A stretch of 64,000 nucleotides of DNA from an uncultured bacterium (lineage in GTDB: Bacteria; Actinomycetota; Acidimicrobiia; Spongiisociales; UBA5794), in NCBI GenBank assembly GCA_963801165.1, contig CAWDDT010000004.1, positions 448,001 through 512,000 of the forward strand. Direction: 5' to 3'. A program made the translations under genes and the position numbers. Below the pieces are notes generated by a model that saw only the letters and a list, made by a program, of their open reading frames with translations, was not told the DNA's origin and made no database searches. Position 1 is the first letter of the stretch. Each line of letters starts with the position of its first letter. Shown here piece by piece: positions 38,789 through 50,645 of this stretch.

Positions 38789-40077
38789 GTCGAATCCATC
38801 GAACGTGGCGCCCCGGTGACGAACCGGGGCGCCATCCCATTCGGGCTTTCGACGACGCCCGGGTCGTGCTGCATGATGGGCTGTTGACCACGGGGGACCG
38901 GGTCGACGTCGTCCTTGCCGGCGCCTCGATCGACGAGGTTGTTCCGACTGGGGCGGGCGTGGCTCGAGAAGCCGAGATCGTCGACCTGGAAGGCAGGCTC
39001 CTGCTGCCCGCTCTCGTCGAACCGCACGCACATCTCGACAAAGCACTGACTGCCGACACCTTTCCCAATCCTGCAGGCGACCTCGCGGGTGCGATCGAGG
39101 TCATCACTGGGGCCTGGGAGACGTTGACCATTGAGGACACGGTCGAGCGGGCGGTGGCCGCGGCTCGAAAGCTGGTGGTGGCGGGGACGACGGCCATTCG
39201 CACCCATATCGATGTGATTCCGGCGAACGCATCGAAGTCGCCGGAAGCTCTTGCCGAGGTCAAGCGGCGGCTTCGTGGTGTCTGCGATCTCCAGGTGGTC
39301 GCGCTGGTGCACCCGCTGACCGGGCCTGATGCGGCGCAGGGCCGCGCTGCGTTGAAGAAGGGTCTTGCGTGGGGAGTCGACGTAGTAGGCGGTGCTCCGC
39401 ACTTCGAACCGGATCCTGCGGCTGCCATGACCTTTGGTATCGAGACCGCAGTCGAGAACGGACTCGCGGTGGATTTCCACTTGGACGAGGTGCTCGATGT
39501 GAGGGTTCAGCACCTCGCCGAGCTTGCGCGCCAGACGGCGAAAAACGGGATGGAGGGTAGAGTCACCGCCTCACATTGTGTCAGCCATGGGCTTTTGCCA
39601 CCGGCCGACCAACGCGAGCTTGGCCGGATCCTGGCGGACAGCGGCATCTCGGTCGTGACCCTGCCGCGGACCAATCTCTTCATTCAGGCAAGGGGTGTCG
39701 AGTCTGCGCCGCCACGCGGTCTCCCCGGACTGCGTGCTCTTCTCGATACAGGAGTCACGGTCGCCGCCGGCGCCGACAACGTTCAGGATCCGTTCTACCC
39801 GATCGGTCGGTCTGACCCGCTGGAGACGGCGATGTTTCTCATCGCGGTCGCTCACCTCGATGTGGCGGAGGCGCTGGCGGCCGTGTCGGGTGCGGGCCGT
39901 CGTGTGTTGGGCTTGGAGCCGCTGGCAATCGAGGCGGGGTTCCCGGCTGAGCTGGTGGCGGTGCGCGCGTCTTCGCCGCGCGAGGCTATAGCCGAGCAAC
40001 CCGGCGACCGGGTCGTGATCCACGAGGGGCGCGTCGTAGCCTGCACCAAGACGGAATCCTGGGTCATCGATGGGTGA
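38785..40077 (+). CDS. Cytosine/creatinine deaminase-like amidohydrolase; start uncertain
   Basis: EPHAHLDKA, RTHID, DFHLDE, ASHC, GADNVQDPF. Confidence 0.9.
   Translation: MSRIHRTWRPGDEPGRHPIRAFDDARVVLHDGLLTTGDRVDVVLAGASIDEVVPTGAGVAREAEIVDLEGRLLLPALVEPHAHLDKALTADTFPNPAGDLAGAIEVITGAWETLTIEDTVERAVAAARKLVVAGTTAIRTHIDVIPANASKSPEALAEVKRRLRGVCDLQVVALVHPLTGPDAAQGRAALKKGLAWGVDVVGGAPHFEPDPAAAMTFGIETAVENGLAVDFHLDEVLDVRVQHLAELARQTAKNGMEGRVTASHCVSHGLLPPADQRELGRILADSGISVVTLPRTNLFIQARGVESAPPRGLPGLRALLDTGVTVAAGADNVQDPFYPIGRSDPLETAMFLIAVAHLDVAEALAAVSGAGRRVLGLEPLAIEAGFPAELVAVRASSPREAIAEQPGDRVVIHEGRVVACTKTESWVIDG
38806..38834 (+). terminator. Stem-loop after the substrate-binding protein gene (mRNA stabiliser or attenuator)
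   Basis: tggcgccccggt-gacga-accggggcgcca, perfect 12-bp stem. Confidence 0.65.
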
Positions 40078-40110
40078 GTGATGCCGCGTAGGTCGCCGCG
40101 TAGCTGAAGG

Positions 40111-42482
40111 GTGTTGAAGATCTTGAACCGGAACACCGCCAACGAGAACGAATCCTTTGCGTATGTCGATTTCGCGGGTTCGATTGGTCGAACCTTCTTC
40201 GACTCGGAACCGGATTGGCCCGCCGAATCGATAGTCGTCGAGCTCAACCAAACGTCGTGATCGTGCTCGTTGACGACATGGGATACTCCGACGTGGGCTG
40301 CTACGGGGGAGAGATCGATACGCCGAACATTGATCGGCTGGCGGAACGTGGGCAGCGGCTCACGAACTTCCACGTCACGCCGATGTGCGCTCCGACGCGG
40401 GCGTCCCTGCTGACCGGAGTCAACCACCATCTGGCGGGAGTGGCTGACGTGCTCTACGACGATCCAGGCTTCCCGGGCTACCTTGGAGAGCTCCGAGAGG
40501 ACGTCGTCACGTTGCCCGAGATCCTCCAGTCGGCCGGGTATCGCACGCTCATGGTGGGCAAATGGCATCTCGCCAAGGAGTCCCACACATCCTCCGGATC
40601 TCCGAGGCGCTCCTGGCCATTGCAGCGTGGCTTCGACGAGTTCTACGGGGTGCTCGGTGCCTGCACGAATCTGCACCATCCCCACCAGCTCGTCGAGGGC
40701 AACTCGATCGTCGAGGTCGACACCTACCCGAGCGGCTACTACCTGACCGACGATCTGACCGATCGAGCCATCCGGATGGTTCGCCAGCACCGAGCGCACG
40801 ACCCGGTCTCGCCCTTCTTCCTTCATTTGGCCCACCTCGCGGTCCACGCGCCGCTCCACGCCAAGCAGGCGGACATCGCCAAGTACGCAGACAAGTACGG
40901 GCTCGGGTGGGATGTGATCCGGCGGGATCGATACGATCGGCTCGTCGCGCTGGGAATCCTGCCGGAGGGGACCGTACTCCCCGACAACGTCGAAGATGGT
41001 TTGGATGTCGTTCCGTGGGATTCGCTCGACGCGAAGTCCCAAGCAGTCTTCGCCCGGTACATGGCGGTCTATGCGGCGATGGTCGACAACATCGACCAGA
41101 ACCTCGGCCGGCTCGTTGCTGCCTTGGATGAGATGGGCGAGATGGAGAACACCATCTTCATGTTCCTCTCCGACAACGGATCAACTCACGAAGGTGGTCA
41201 GGTGGGCTCGGTTCACTACCTCGACTACATCGCTGCCGTCCACGTGCTGTCCACCGAGGCCGAGACGTCTCAGCATGCGGTGCAAGACGCGTTCAGGCGG
41301 CTCGAAGAGATCGGCGGCCCCCGCACCATGCCAATCCATCCCCGGGGTTGGGCCCAGGTGAGCAATACGCCTTTTCGGCTCTACAAATCGTTCACTCATG
41401 CCGGGGGACGTCAAGTCCCGTGCATCGTCTCGTGGCCATCGGCGCTTGCCGACCTTGGGTCGCTGCGGTCCCAGTACGCCCATGTCACCGACGTGCTCCC
41501 GACGGTGCTCGACATGATCGGTCTCAAATCTCCTGCCTGCCGCAAAGGACGCCCTGCGGTGCCGATCTCCGGAGTGTCGTTCCTTTCCGTGTTGCGGAAT
41601 GGCGATGTTCCATCGGATCACCATGAGCAGTACTTCGAGCGCAAGGGGAACCTGGCGTACTACCAGAAGGGCTGGGAGATTGTCGCCGCGGTGGCGCCCA
41701 TCCCGGTCTCGAACAGCCGGCCTGGGAGCTCTATCACGTCGCGACGGATCCAACCGAGGCCCGCAATCTCGCTGGCGCCCATCCGGATCGCATCGCAGAG
41801 CTGGCCCAATCCTGGGAGCGGGCCGCGTGGCGAATCAGGTGTTCCCGCTCGATGACAACACCGGTCTCCGGCGGGCCTTTCGAAACCCCGCATCCGCACG
41901 CGACCGGGACCGATCGGTCGTCCTATACCCAAGAACGGCAACGATGAGTCACCATCGGAGCATGGAGCTGATCGGAACTCGATCATTCCGCATCATCATC
42001 CGCCTGGATCACGCCCGGCCGACGAGGGGGTGCTCGTCGCTCACGGAGATCAAGGCGGTGGCTACCTGATCTATGTCGAGGATGGTCGTCTCCATTTTGC
42101 CCACAATCACCGGGGCAAGCTCAGGGTCGTGTCGACCGATGCAGTGCTTCCCGAAAGTTCCCTTAAGGTGGAGGTTGATGTTGCCGCACCTGGAAGTTGG
42201 TTGTGGGACGTGAGGCTGTTGGTCGACGGCGACGCGGCCGCACCCACCATGGAGGTCCCGATGCTATGGGGCCAGGTCCCATTTCAAGGCATCGATATCG
42301 GCGCAGACCGCGCCTCGCCGGTGTCCTGGCCGTTGCGCGAAGCTCACGGGGCCTTTGGGTATCGCGGCAGAATTCGCAGTGTCACATATCAGCCGGGCGA
42401 ATTCGCTCCGGACTCGCCCTATCGAGCTGGCCCCGACGAAGTCAGAGCGATGGCTCGGGCGATCTTTGATGCGATTCAATGA
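40111..42482 (+). CDS. Arylsulfatase (multiple frameshifts)
   Basis: FAGSIGRTFFDSEPDWP, LVDDMGYSD, CAPTRASLLTG (CxPxR), GKWHL; C-terminal domain in other frames. Confidence 0.85.
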
Positions 42483-42523
42483 CGCCGACGGCGCCTTTTC
42501 GTCAACGAGTTGGGGGAGACGGA

Positions 42524-43440
42524 GTGAGGTTCAGCTACTGGAGCACTGCCGGGGATCCGTCGGTCGAGTTGCGCGGGATCGCCGCTACGTCGAGCAAACC
42601 GGGTGGGATGGATTCTGGATCGGCGACCACTTCATGCCTCCGCCCGGCGGCTTCGGGGATTCTCCCGGTGATCGATCCGGGGAACTGCGAGAACGCATGA
42701 GGCATGGACTGTTCTCGCCGGGCTGGCGGCGTTGATCCCGCGCATCCGGATCGGGCCGCTGGTGAGTGGAATACTTACCGTAACCCATGCGTGCTGGCGA
42801 AGATGGCGGCGACGGTGGACCACATCTCAGGGGGCCGCGCGGTGCTCGGGCTAGGGGCCGGCTGGCAGGAGAACGAACATGTCGCGTACGGCATCGAGTT
42901 CCCGCCTTTGGGGGAACGGATGGACTGTCTCGAGGAGGCGGCTGCCATCATCAAGGGCCTCTTTGCCGACGAGAGGACCGATTTTGCAGGCCGTCACTAT
43001 GAAGTCATTGCAGCGCCGCTGGCTCCCAAGCCGATCCAGTCTCCATTGCCGTTGCTGATTGGCGGAGGGTGAGAAGCGAACCTTGCGGATAGTGGCCGAA
43101 TACGCCGACGAATGGAACGTGTGGGGTACGCCTGAGATCGTGCGAAGGAAGATGGACATTCTAGATCGTCACTGTGCAGAGGTTGGGCGAGACCCTGCCG
43201 AGATCCAGCGTTCGTCTACCGCTCTCGTCTTCTTGACGTCGGACCGGCTACGTTGCGAGCCCTGCGGGCCAACCCGCCCGCACGGCCGAGTCTCATCGGT
43301 ACCGCCGATGAGATCGTGGCGCGGATCGCCGAGTACGGCGAGCTTGGGGTCGACGAGGTGATCGTGCCCGGATTCAACGTCCCGGTGTCGCGGCGCCGAG
43401 AATTCTCGATGAATTCAGGTCCGAGGTTGCGGCACCACTC
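42524..43440 (+). CDS. LLM class F420-dependent-type oxidoreductase (multiple frameshifts)
   Basis: GWDGFWIGDHFMP, NTYRNPCVLAKMAATVDHISGGRAVLGLGAGWQENEH, GEKRTLRIVAEYADEWN. Confidence 0.8.
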
Positions 43441-43571
43441 CGCTGAGGTCTGCGATGCAAGGATCTCGGACCGCGGAGACTCGCGCCGATCTCCGAGAAC
43501 TGGGTTGACGAAGACCCCGGGCCGCTTGGCTTGGCCGGGCAGTTTCCCGCAAGCTGCGCCCGTCCCGGCGT

Positions 43572-43625
43572 CCCCGTGGTTCGGATCGGCCCCGTGTTCC
43601 GGACCGGCCCCGTGTTCCGGACCGG
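43572..43625. repeat. 3 x 18-bp tandem repeat ccccgtgttccggaccgg
   Basis: Two exact copies and one diverged copy, intergenic. Confidence 0.85.
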
Positions 43626-43655
43626 CACGAGCCCATCGGTATGCACCCTCGGTAG

Positions 43656-43682
43656 GCAACTTCTCAGACATCTGATAGGCTA
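43656..43682 (+). promoter_or_regulatory. Promoter/operator with CAGACATCTG core and TAGGCT -10
   Basis: gcaacttctcagacatctgataggcta, 24/27 identical to 35761-35787. Confidence 0.8.
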
Positions 43683-43739
43683 GGGGAAGTTCGCAACTAT
43701 GGTCATCCAACCTCGGCGAAACCACACTGGAGGTACCTC

Positions 43740-45185
43740 TTGGACATCGTGACAGTCTTTCGGCGATCGGCGGGCCGCTACCCGGACCGGTGTTTCGTCT
43801 TCGACGCGAATGGCGCCGTTACCTATGGCGAAGCCGAAGCGCGTACCGACGCCATCGCTGCCGAATTGGTCACCCACGGCGTTCCCGCCGGTAGCCCACT
43901 CGGACTCTGTAGCCCGGATCGGGTGTCACTGTGGCTAGCGATCATCGGGGCGTGGAAGGCCGGGGTTCTCCCGGCGTTGATCGATGCGAGAACAGTCCGG
44001 AGGACCTGCCTTTCTTCGTCGAGGATATCGACGCTTCACTGGTGGCCGCCGCCTCCGAACTCCACGATGGGCTTTCCGCTGCCGGGGCCACCGACCTGGT
44101 AGACCTCGACTCCCTCGGAACCGGCGGTGCCGGTGTCGCGGTGGATGCCCATGGTCCCGAGGCACCTTTGTACCTCTCCTACACGTCGGGGACGACCGGC
44201 GCCCCCAAAGGTGTCGTTCTCCTTTCGGAACCGGTGACCCTCGGCACCGCGGTATCGCCGATCGGCTGGATTGACGAAAGACGACGTTCTCATCGCTGCA
44301 ACACCGACTTCGAGCAGCTTCCAGCTTGTGCCGCGATGATCCCCGTGGTTCACGTGGGTGCGTCGATCGGGTTGGCGGACAGAAGCACGACCGATGGCAT
44401 CTGGGCGATGGCCTCGCGAGCCGCCGCGACCGTACTGGTTGCGTATCCGTTGACCCTGGCGGATGTGGTGAACGCACACAGGCGCTCTCGGCTCGTCATC
44501 CTTCCGGCTCGCCATGTCCGGTGGCTCACCGTTGGCGCCCCGGATCAAGCGTGAGTATCGGAATCGGCTCGGCATCGATCTCGTGGAGAGCTACGGCCAG
44601 AGCGAGATCGGCGGCTTCATGGCCATGGGCAGCCCCAACGACGGAGAGCGCAGCCTCACAGGATACGCGGGTCGGCCGCTCCCGGATCGTCCCACCTACA
44701 TCGGGGCCTCGTCGGGCGACGAATTGCCGTTTGGGGAGGTTGGCGAGGCGCTGGTCCCAGATGGGTATTTCTCTCACTACAAGGATGCGCCCGACAGAAC
44801 CGCCGAGACTCTCGCCGGCGGCGTGCTCCATACCGGAGACCTAGCGGTTTCAGATCCGGGTGGCTACTTGAAAGTGCTGGGCCGGACGGGCGAAGCCGAT
44901 GCTGCAAAGCGTCGGGGCGGATTCCTACGGCAAGTCGAAGACGCCTACTACGAGCACGACGACATCCTGCATGCAGCGGTTGTTGAGGGCAGCGGCGGTG
45001 AGGTCGAGGCGTTCGTTGAGCTGCTGGTAGGTCACGTGGCAACGGCTGCAGACATCGAACAGAAGGTGTGCGCCGACCTTCCTGCGGAGCTCGTGCCACG
45101 CCGGACCACGATTCTCAAAGCGATGCCGCGTACCTTCAGCGGCAAGGCGGACCGAGCCGGGTTGTCGGCAATTATTCACGAATAG
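43740..45185 (+). CDS. Class I adenylate-forming enzyme / acyl-CoA ligase (multiple frameshifts)
   Basis: YTSGTTGAPKG, ESYGQSE, LHTGD, PRTFSGKADR. Confidence 0.82.
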
Positions 45186-45212
45186 CGAACCCTACGAGTA
45201 GTGGAGGTAAGG

Positions 45213-45860
45213 AATGAGCGATCTCACAGTCAGATTCCGCGAGCGTACACAGGTGTCGTCGCAGACGTTCTCGACGGCAGAGGTCATCGGAATCAGGTCC
45301 TTCCGCGGCGGATCGCTCCGATGGCAGAGGGCTTGAAGATAGCCGGGCCGGCCTTTCCCGGCAGGGGGGAGCCGACCGACGACCCGACGCAGGACGATAG
45401 CTTGCGGCGGCTCGCCATGCTCGAGAGCGTTCCGGCCGGGTCGGTGTCGGTATGGGACTGCGGCGGCCATGAGGGAGCGGCGCATTGGGGCGAGATCATG
45501 TCCCGTGCCGTCATGGAGCGGGGATGCGTCGGTGCGGTGGTCGACGGCGGGCTTCGTGACAGCGACTTCGTGACCGAGATCGGCTTCCCGGTGTTTTCCG
45601 CGTTTCGATCGGCGGCATCGTCGATAGGTCGATGGAACATAGTGGAATGGAACCAGGAGATCACAGTGGGATCGACCCTCGTACGACCCGGCGACTGGGT
45701 CTTCGGAGACGTCGACGGAGTTGTGATCATCCCGGCCGACCTGGTTGAGGACGTTCTGGCCGAGGCCGAGGAGCGTGCTGGAGCGGAAGCGCAAATGCGC
45801 GCCGAGCTCGCCACTGGCGCCTTGCCCAGTGAGGTCTACGCCCGCCTCGGCACCTTCTAG
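45213..45860 (+). CDS. RraA/HMG aldolase family protein (probable N-terminal frameshift)
   Basis: VVADVLD, AHWGEIM, VVDGGLRD, PGDWVFGDVDGVVIIP. Confidence 0.88.
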   Translation, partial: NERSHSQIPRAYTGVVADVLDGRGHRNQVLPRRIAPMAEGLKIAGPAFPGRGEPTDDPTQDDSLRRLAMLESVPAGSVSVWDCGGHEGAAHWGEIMSRAVMERGCVGAVVDGGLRDSDFVTEIGFPVFSAFRSAASSIGRWNIVEWNQEITVGSTLVRPGDWVFGDVDGVVIIPADLVEDVLAEAEERAGAEAQMRAELATGALPSEVYARLGTF

Positions 45861-45964
45861 CGAGGCGAGGTGAGCCAGAACCCTGAGGCCCGTCAGGATC
45901 AACACCGACAATCACCCCCTGGTCAACCGGCACCATCCACCCTGGCCGGACTGGAGCAGAAGCT

Positions 45965-47094
45965 ATGAACACAATCGAACGTGCTGTTGTGCTCGGCAGT
46001 GGCGCCGGCGCTCTCACCATCGCTGCCGAGCTCGGATTGGGAGGCGCCGCGGTCACCCTCGCCGACCTCCCGCAATTCGGTGATCGGCTCGAACCGGTCG
46101 AGGCGGCCGGCGGTGTCAAGATCGCGTATCGCGACCTACCCGAGCTTGGCGTGCAACATGCCCCGATCGCGGCCACTTCAGTTGACGTCAAAGGCGCGAT
46201 TGCCGGTTCACCGCTGGTTATCGTTTCGGTTCCATCATTCGGTCACAGGCCGTTCGCCGAGCTCCTCGCACCGACTCTCGAGGATGGACAGACGTTGATG
46301 TGGGTTGGCGAGGGCGGTGGCGCCTTCGCAACAGTTGCCGCGCTGCGAAAGATCGGAAGTCGTCCGGCGATCCTGCTTGCTGAAACGAACACACTGCCTT
46401 ACAACGGTTCGTTGGTCAATGGACCGGGCAGCGTGACTACGGTTCACAAGATCGGGGAACTTACGTGGCCGGACTTCCCGCTCGCCTCACCCAAGAGGTC
46501 GCACACACGGCGTCGCAGATCTGGCCCTGGTCCGCGGCTGCGACCAATGCCTGGGAAACGGTGCTGATCAACTACAACGCCATTGACCACGTTGCGACTG
46601 TGGTGGCGAATCTGGGCAGCCTGCAGAGTCGGTCCGATACGATGTTGCTGTGGGGCGAGGGAGCCTCGGTTGGGGTAGCCAACTTGATTCATGCAGTCGA
46701 CGGTGACTACCTGGCGCTGCGCGCCGCCTTGGACCTCCCGACCGAATTGCGATATCACGACTTTCTCATCCGCCAGGGTGTCGCCGCCAAGAAGGCGGAG
46801 ACGCTCTACGAGACTATCCACGCCAGCGATCTGGCCAAGGCCCGGTTCCAGTGCGGTCCCGAAGCGCTCGAGCATCGCTATATCGCAGAAGACGTGCCCT
46901 ACTCGTTGGTGCTTGCTTCATCGATCGCCGCCGAACTGGACGTCGCGGTACCGACAATCGATGGTCTGATTGCGATAGTGTCGGCGGCCGCCGGAAAGGA
47001 CTACCGAGCCAGCGGGCGCACCTTGGCAGACTGGGGATTGGAGGGTGTTGGACGCGACGGCCTGCTTCGCGCAGCCGTCGATGGGTGGTGGTAG
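45965..47094 (+). CDS. NAD/NADP octopine/nopaline (opine) dehydrogenase family (frameshift near 46455)
   Basis: VLGSGAGA, ETNTLPY, NYNAIDH, HRYIAEDVPYSL, GRTLADWGL. Confidence 0.85.
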
Positions 47095-47158
47095 CGCCGC
47101 CAGATTGCCCAGATGCAGACGGACCGGATAGGAACGGCAGAGGACCGGAGTTAGATCT

Positions 47159-49393
47159 ATGACAACCGAGAGTGTCACGACACCAACAAGAACTCGTTAC
47201 GTCGGCCGTTCGGTGCCGTCGCGGAGCGCGGATGTTGTGGTTACCGGGGAGCTGGAGTATCTAACCGACATCTCCCTTCCCGGCATGCTCTATGGCAGAG
47301 TCATTCGTGCCAAGGTAGCCCACGGTCGTCTTCTGGGACTCGAGACGGAGGCGGCCCGGCAAGTACCCGGTGTGGTTGCGGTGCTGACCGCCGCAGACGT
47401 TCCCAACAACGTCTCGGGAGCGATTGTGGTTGACCAGCCGGTCCTGGTCGACGGCCTGATCCGCCATTCGGCGATGCCGTCGCGCTCGTTGCGGCCGATA
47501 CACCTGCAGCGGCGGAGGCTGCCGCTGCCGCGATCGAACTCCACGTAAGGCCATCACCCCCATCACCGACCCCGTTCAGGCGTTGCAGGCGTCGGCACCG
47601 TCGCTCCATGAAAACGGGAATCTTCTGCTCGAGCTGAATCACCAACGGGGTGACGTCGAGGCAGCGCTGGCGGCGGCGGCAGTGGTCGTCGTGCGCACGT
47701 TCCAGACCCAGGTCCAGGAGCACGTATGCCTCGAGCCGGGTGGCGGCGTCGGCGCGGACCAGAACGGTCAATTCACTATCTGGGTGGGTACCCAACTTCC
47801 CGGTAATGCGCAGCATGAGGTGGCCAGAGCACTACAGGTCGAGATCGAAGACGTGCGCATAATCTCGACCCCTATCGGCGGCTCGTTTGGGAGCAAGAGC
47901 GAGGGCCCATTTCCCATCTTTCTCGCCCTGCTGGCCAAGGCGACGGGGCGGCCGGTGCGCATCGTCCTCACACGTGAAGAAGTGATGGCCGTAGGCGCAA
48001 AACGCCACCCATTCCGGGTGCATTTCGCCTGGGACTCAATGAGGAAGGGGCAATCGTCGTGCTCGACACAGACGCCGTCGTCGATGCGGGGCCCTATGCG
48101 GGCTTCACTCCTGCGGTGCTGGGTGTGGCCGCCGAGGCTTCCTCGGGGACCTATTCCATGCCGAACGCCCGTTTCCGTGGTCGCGCTGTCTACACGAACA
48201 ACAGCAACGGCGGGGCGTTCCGTGGCTACGGTGTCCCTCAGATGACGTTCCCCCTGGAGAGCTCTCTCCTCGAGGCGGCGGAACGGCTGGGGCTCGACCC
48301 GGCGGAGGTCAGAAGACGCAACATGCTTCACCCGGGTGATGCGCACGCCCTCTATGGTCACACGATCGGGCCGAGCTTCCGCGGCGCGGAGGCACTCGAC
48401 GCTATCGTCGCTCATCCGTGGTGGCAAGACCGGGTCGCATGGAAGGAACAGGCCGCCGATCCGTGGAGGCGCGGTACCGGAATTGCGGCCGCACTGAAAG
48501 GCTGCGGATACGGCAGCGGCAAGGGAGACCGTGCCGGAGCACGACTTCAGATCGGTGTCGACGGGTCGATCACGATCTGGGCCGGCCCGAACCACTCGGG
48601 TCAGTTTGTCGAGACCGCATACGCCCAGGTTGCCGCCGATGCTCTGGGTCGGGACTATGACGAGGTCACCGTCGTCGTCGGGGATACGGAGTTGGTGCCA
48701 GAGTCGGGTGCCTGTGCGGCGTCCCGGAGCCTCTACGTGGGGGGCGGGGCCGTGTTGCGAGTCTGCGAGGAACTGAAAGCCCGGATCCGCGCCGGGGGGA
48801 TCGAAGGCCCGATCGACTGGCGAGAAGCTGGGGCGCTGACTGGGGGCGGCCGGTCAAGCGCTCGTCGAGGTCTATCACGACGCTCCAGACGTGACCGAAC
48901 TGGGCGAGATGGATCTCGAGGATGTGAAGCGTCTCAACCCGCATCGTGTCTTCTCCAGCGCGGTCCAGGTGGCGCGGTTGAAGTCAATCGATTCACCGGA
49001 CAAGTGGAGGTTCGCGGCATCGTCTGTGCCGTCGACTGCGGCGTAGCCGTCAATCCTGCAGGTGTGGTCGGCCAGACCGAAGGAGCGATGCTCCAGGGTA
49101 TGGGCTGGGCTCTGATGGAGGACTTCAAGCTCGAAGGCGGCGTGCCTCAGACCGGCTCGTTGGAGACATACTTGATTCCCACCGCAGGTGACGCGCCTTA
49201 TCTGGAGACGATCATCATCGAGGGAGGCGAGGAGACCGGACCGTTTGGCGCCAAGGGCATCGCAGAGGTTGTCCTGGTACCGACGGCTCCAGCGATCACG
49301 GCCGCCATTCGCGATGCTGTCGGTGTGACGGTAGACCGGCTACCGGCGAGCCCGGAGCGGGTCTACCGGCTCATGGAAGGGTTGGAATTGTGA
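47159..49393 (+). CDS. Xanthine dehydrogenase family molybdopterin-binding subunit (multiple frameshifts)
   Basis: IGGSFGSK, AFRGYGVPQ, GQTEGAMLQGMG, GPFGAKGIAE. Confidence 0.88.
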
Positions 49394-49827
49394 AAGTCAA
49401 CGGACGCGACGTCACGCCAACCGACCCGGCGCTGCGACTGCTGGACTACCTGCGCGACACGCTCGAGCTCACCGGGGCCAAGGAGGGATGCGGCATGGGT
49501 GAGTGTGGAGCGTGCACCGTCCTCGTGGATGGGATCCCCGTGTGCTCGTGCCTGGTCCTTGTCGGCCAGGTTGCCGACGTGGCAGTGGTGACGGTCGAGG
49601 GCCTGGCGGACGCCGAGGGTCTTCACCCCGTCCAGCAGGCGATCGTCGACCATCTCGCCAGCCAATGTGGGTACTGCACGCCCGGTGTCGTCGTGTCTGT
49701 TGCTGCGTTGCTCGCTCGCGGGCCGTGGCCGGATGATGAGGCGATGCGGGAGGCGCTTGCGGGCAATCTCTGCCGCTGCACCGGCTACCAGGCGATCTTT
49801 CGTGCGATCGCCGCGTTGGGAGAGTGA
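49390..49827 (+). CDS. (2Fe-2S) subunit, CoxS/XdhC type
   Basis: GCGMGECGACT, QCGYCTPG, NLCRCTGY. Confidence 0.95.
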   Translation: MKVNGRDVTPTDPALRLLDYLRDTLELTGAKEGCGMGECGACTVLVDGIPVCSCLVLVGQVADVAVVTVEGLADAEGLHPVQQAIVDHLASQCGYCTPGVVVSVAALLARGPWPDDEAMREALAGNLCRCTGYQAIFRAIAALGE

Positions 49828-49829
49828 CC

Positions 49830-50645
49830 ATGGCAGAACTTCTCACCCCAAAGTCGTTGGCAGAGCTGAGGGCGGTCGCCGGAAGTGGACGGCTGATCGC
49901 CGGAGGGACGGATGTCATCGTTCAGATGCGGGCAGGTCGCCGCTTCACTCGCCTGATTGACATCAGCAACATCGGAGACCTCCCTCCTGCCGTCAAGGCG
50001 GATACCGGTCAGATCGAGCTGTCAGCGATGGCTCCGATCACTGCGGTCGTGGGCGAGTTGGGTGGCCAGTTGCCGGGGATCGCGGCGGCGGCGCGCGTCT
50101 TTGCCTCACTCCAGATCCGCAATCGGGCAACGATCGGCGGCAATCTGGCGAACGTGTCACCGGCAGGCGACATGATCCCACCTCTCGTTGCCGCTCACGC
50201 TCAAGTCGTGGCCGACGGTCCAGCGGGCCCGCACGCTATCGCGGTGGAAGATCTCGCAACCGGGCCGGGGCACACCGTGCTGAATCCAGATGAGTGGTTG
50301 TCGATCATTCGCCTTTCTCCTCCTCAGGGCGAGGAGGGCTTCATCAAGCTGGGCGGCCGAACCGCGACGGCGATATCCATTGTGAGCCTGGCGTGGCGCT
50401 GGCGGAGAACGGACGATGGATCGCTCGCCGGTGTGAGCCTTGCAGTGGGTGCGGTGGCTCCTACGGTCATCCGGGCACGACAGGCGGAGTCGGCGCTCGA
50501 AGGCAAGCAGCCAACGCCTGAGGTAGTAGCCGACGCGATCGAGGCTCTCAGGGCTGAGATCTCTCCGATCGATGACGTGCGCGCGAGCGCATCGTATCGC
50601 CGCCAGGTGGCGGGCGGCCTACTGCGACAGGCGCTCTCGAGATGA
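49830..50645 (+). CDS. FAD-binding subunit, CoxM type
   Basis: IAGGTD, QIRNRATIGGN, DDVRASASYR. Confidence 0.93.
   Translation: MAELLTPKSLAELRAVAGSGRLIAGGTDVIVQMRAGRRFTRLIDISNIGDLPPAVKADTGQIELSAMAPITAVVGELGGQLPGIAAAARVFASLQIRNRATIGGNLANVSPAGDMIPPLVAAHAQVVADGPAGPHAIAVEDLATGPGHTVLNPDEWLSIIRLSPPQGEEGFIKLGGRTATAISIVSLAWRWRRTDDGSLAGVSLAVGAVAPTVIRARQAESALEGKQPTPEVVADAIEALRAEISPIDDVRASASYRRQVAGGLLRQALSR

Noticed and set aside
40111-49393. Programmed ribosomal frameshifting or phase variation in the split genes
   Set aside because: Too many scattered indels with no consistent slippery or homopolymer motif; sequencing error is simpler
47159-50645. Aerobic CO dehydrogenase
   Set aside because: The large subunit has AFRGYG, not the AYxCSFR motif of form I CoxL
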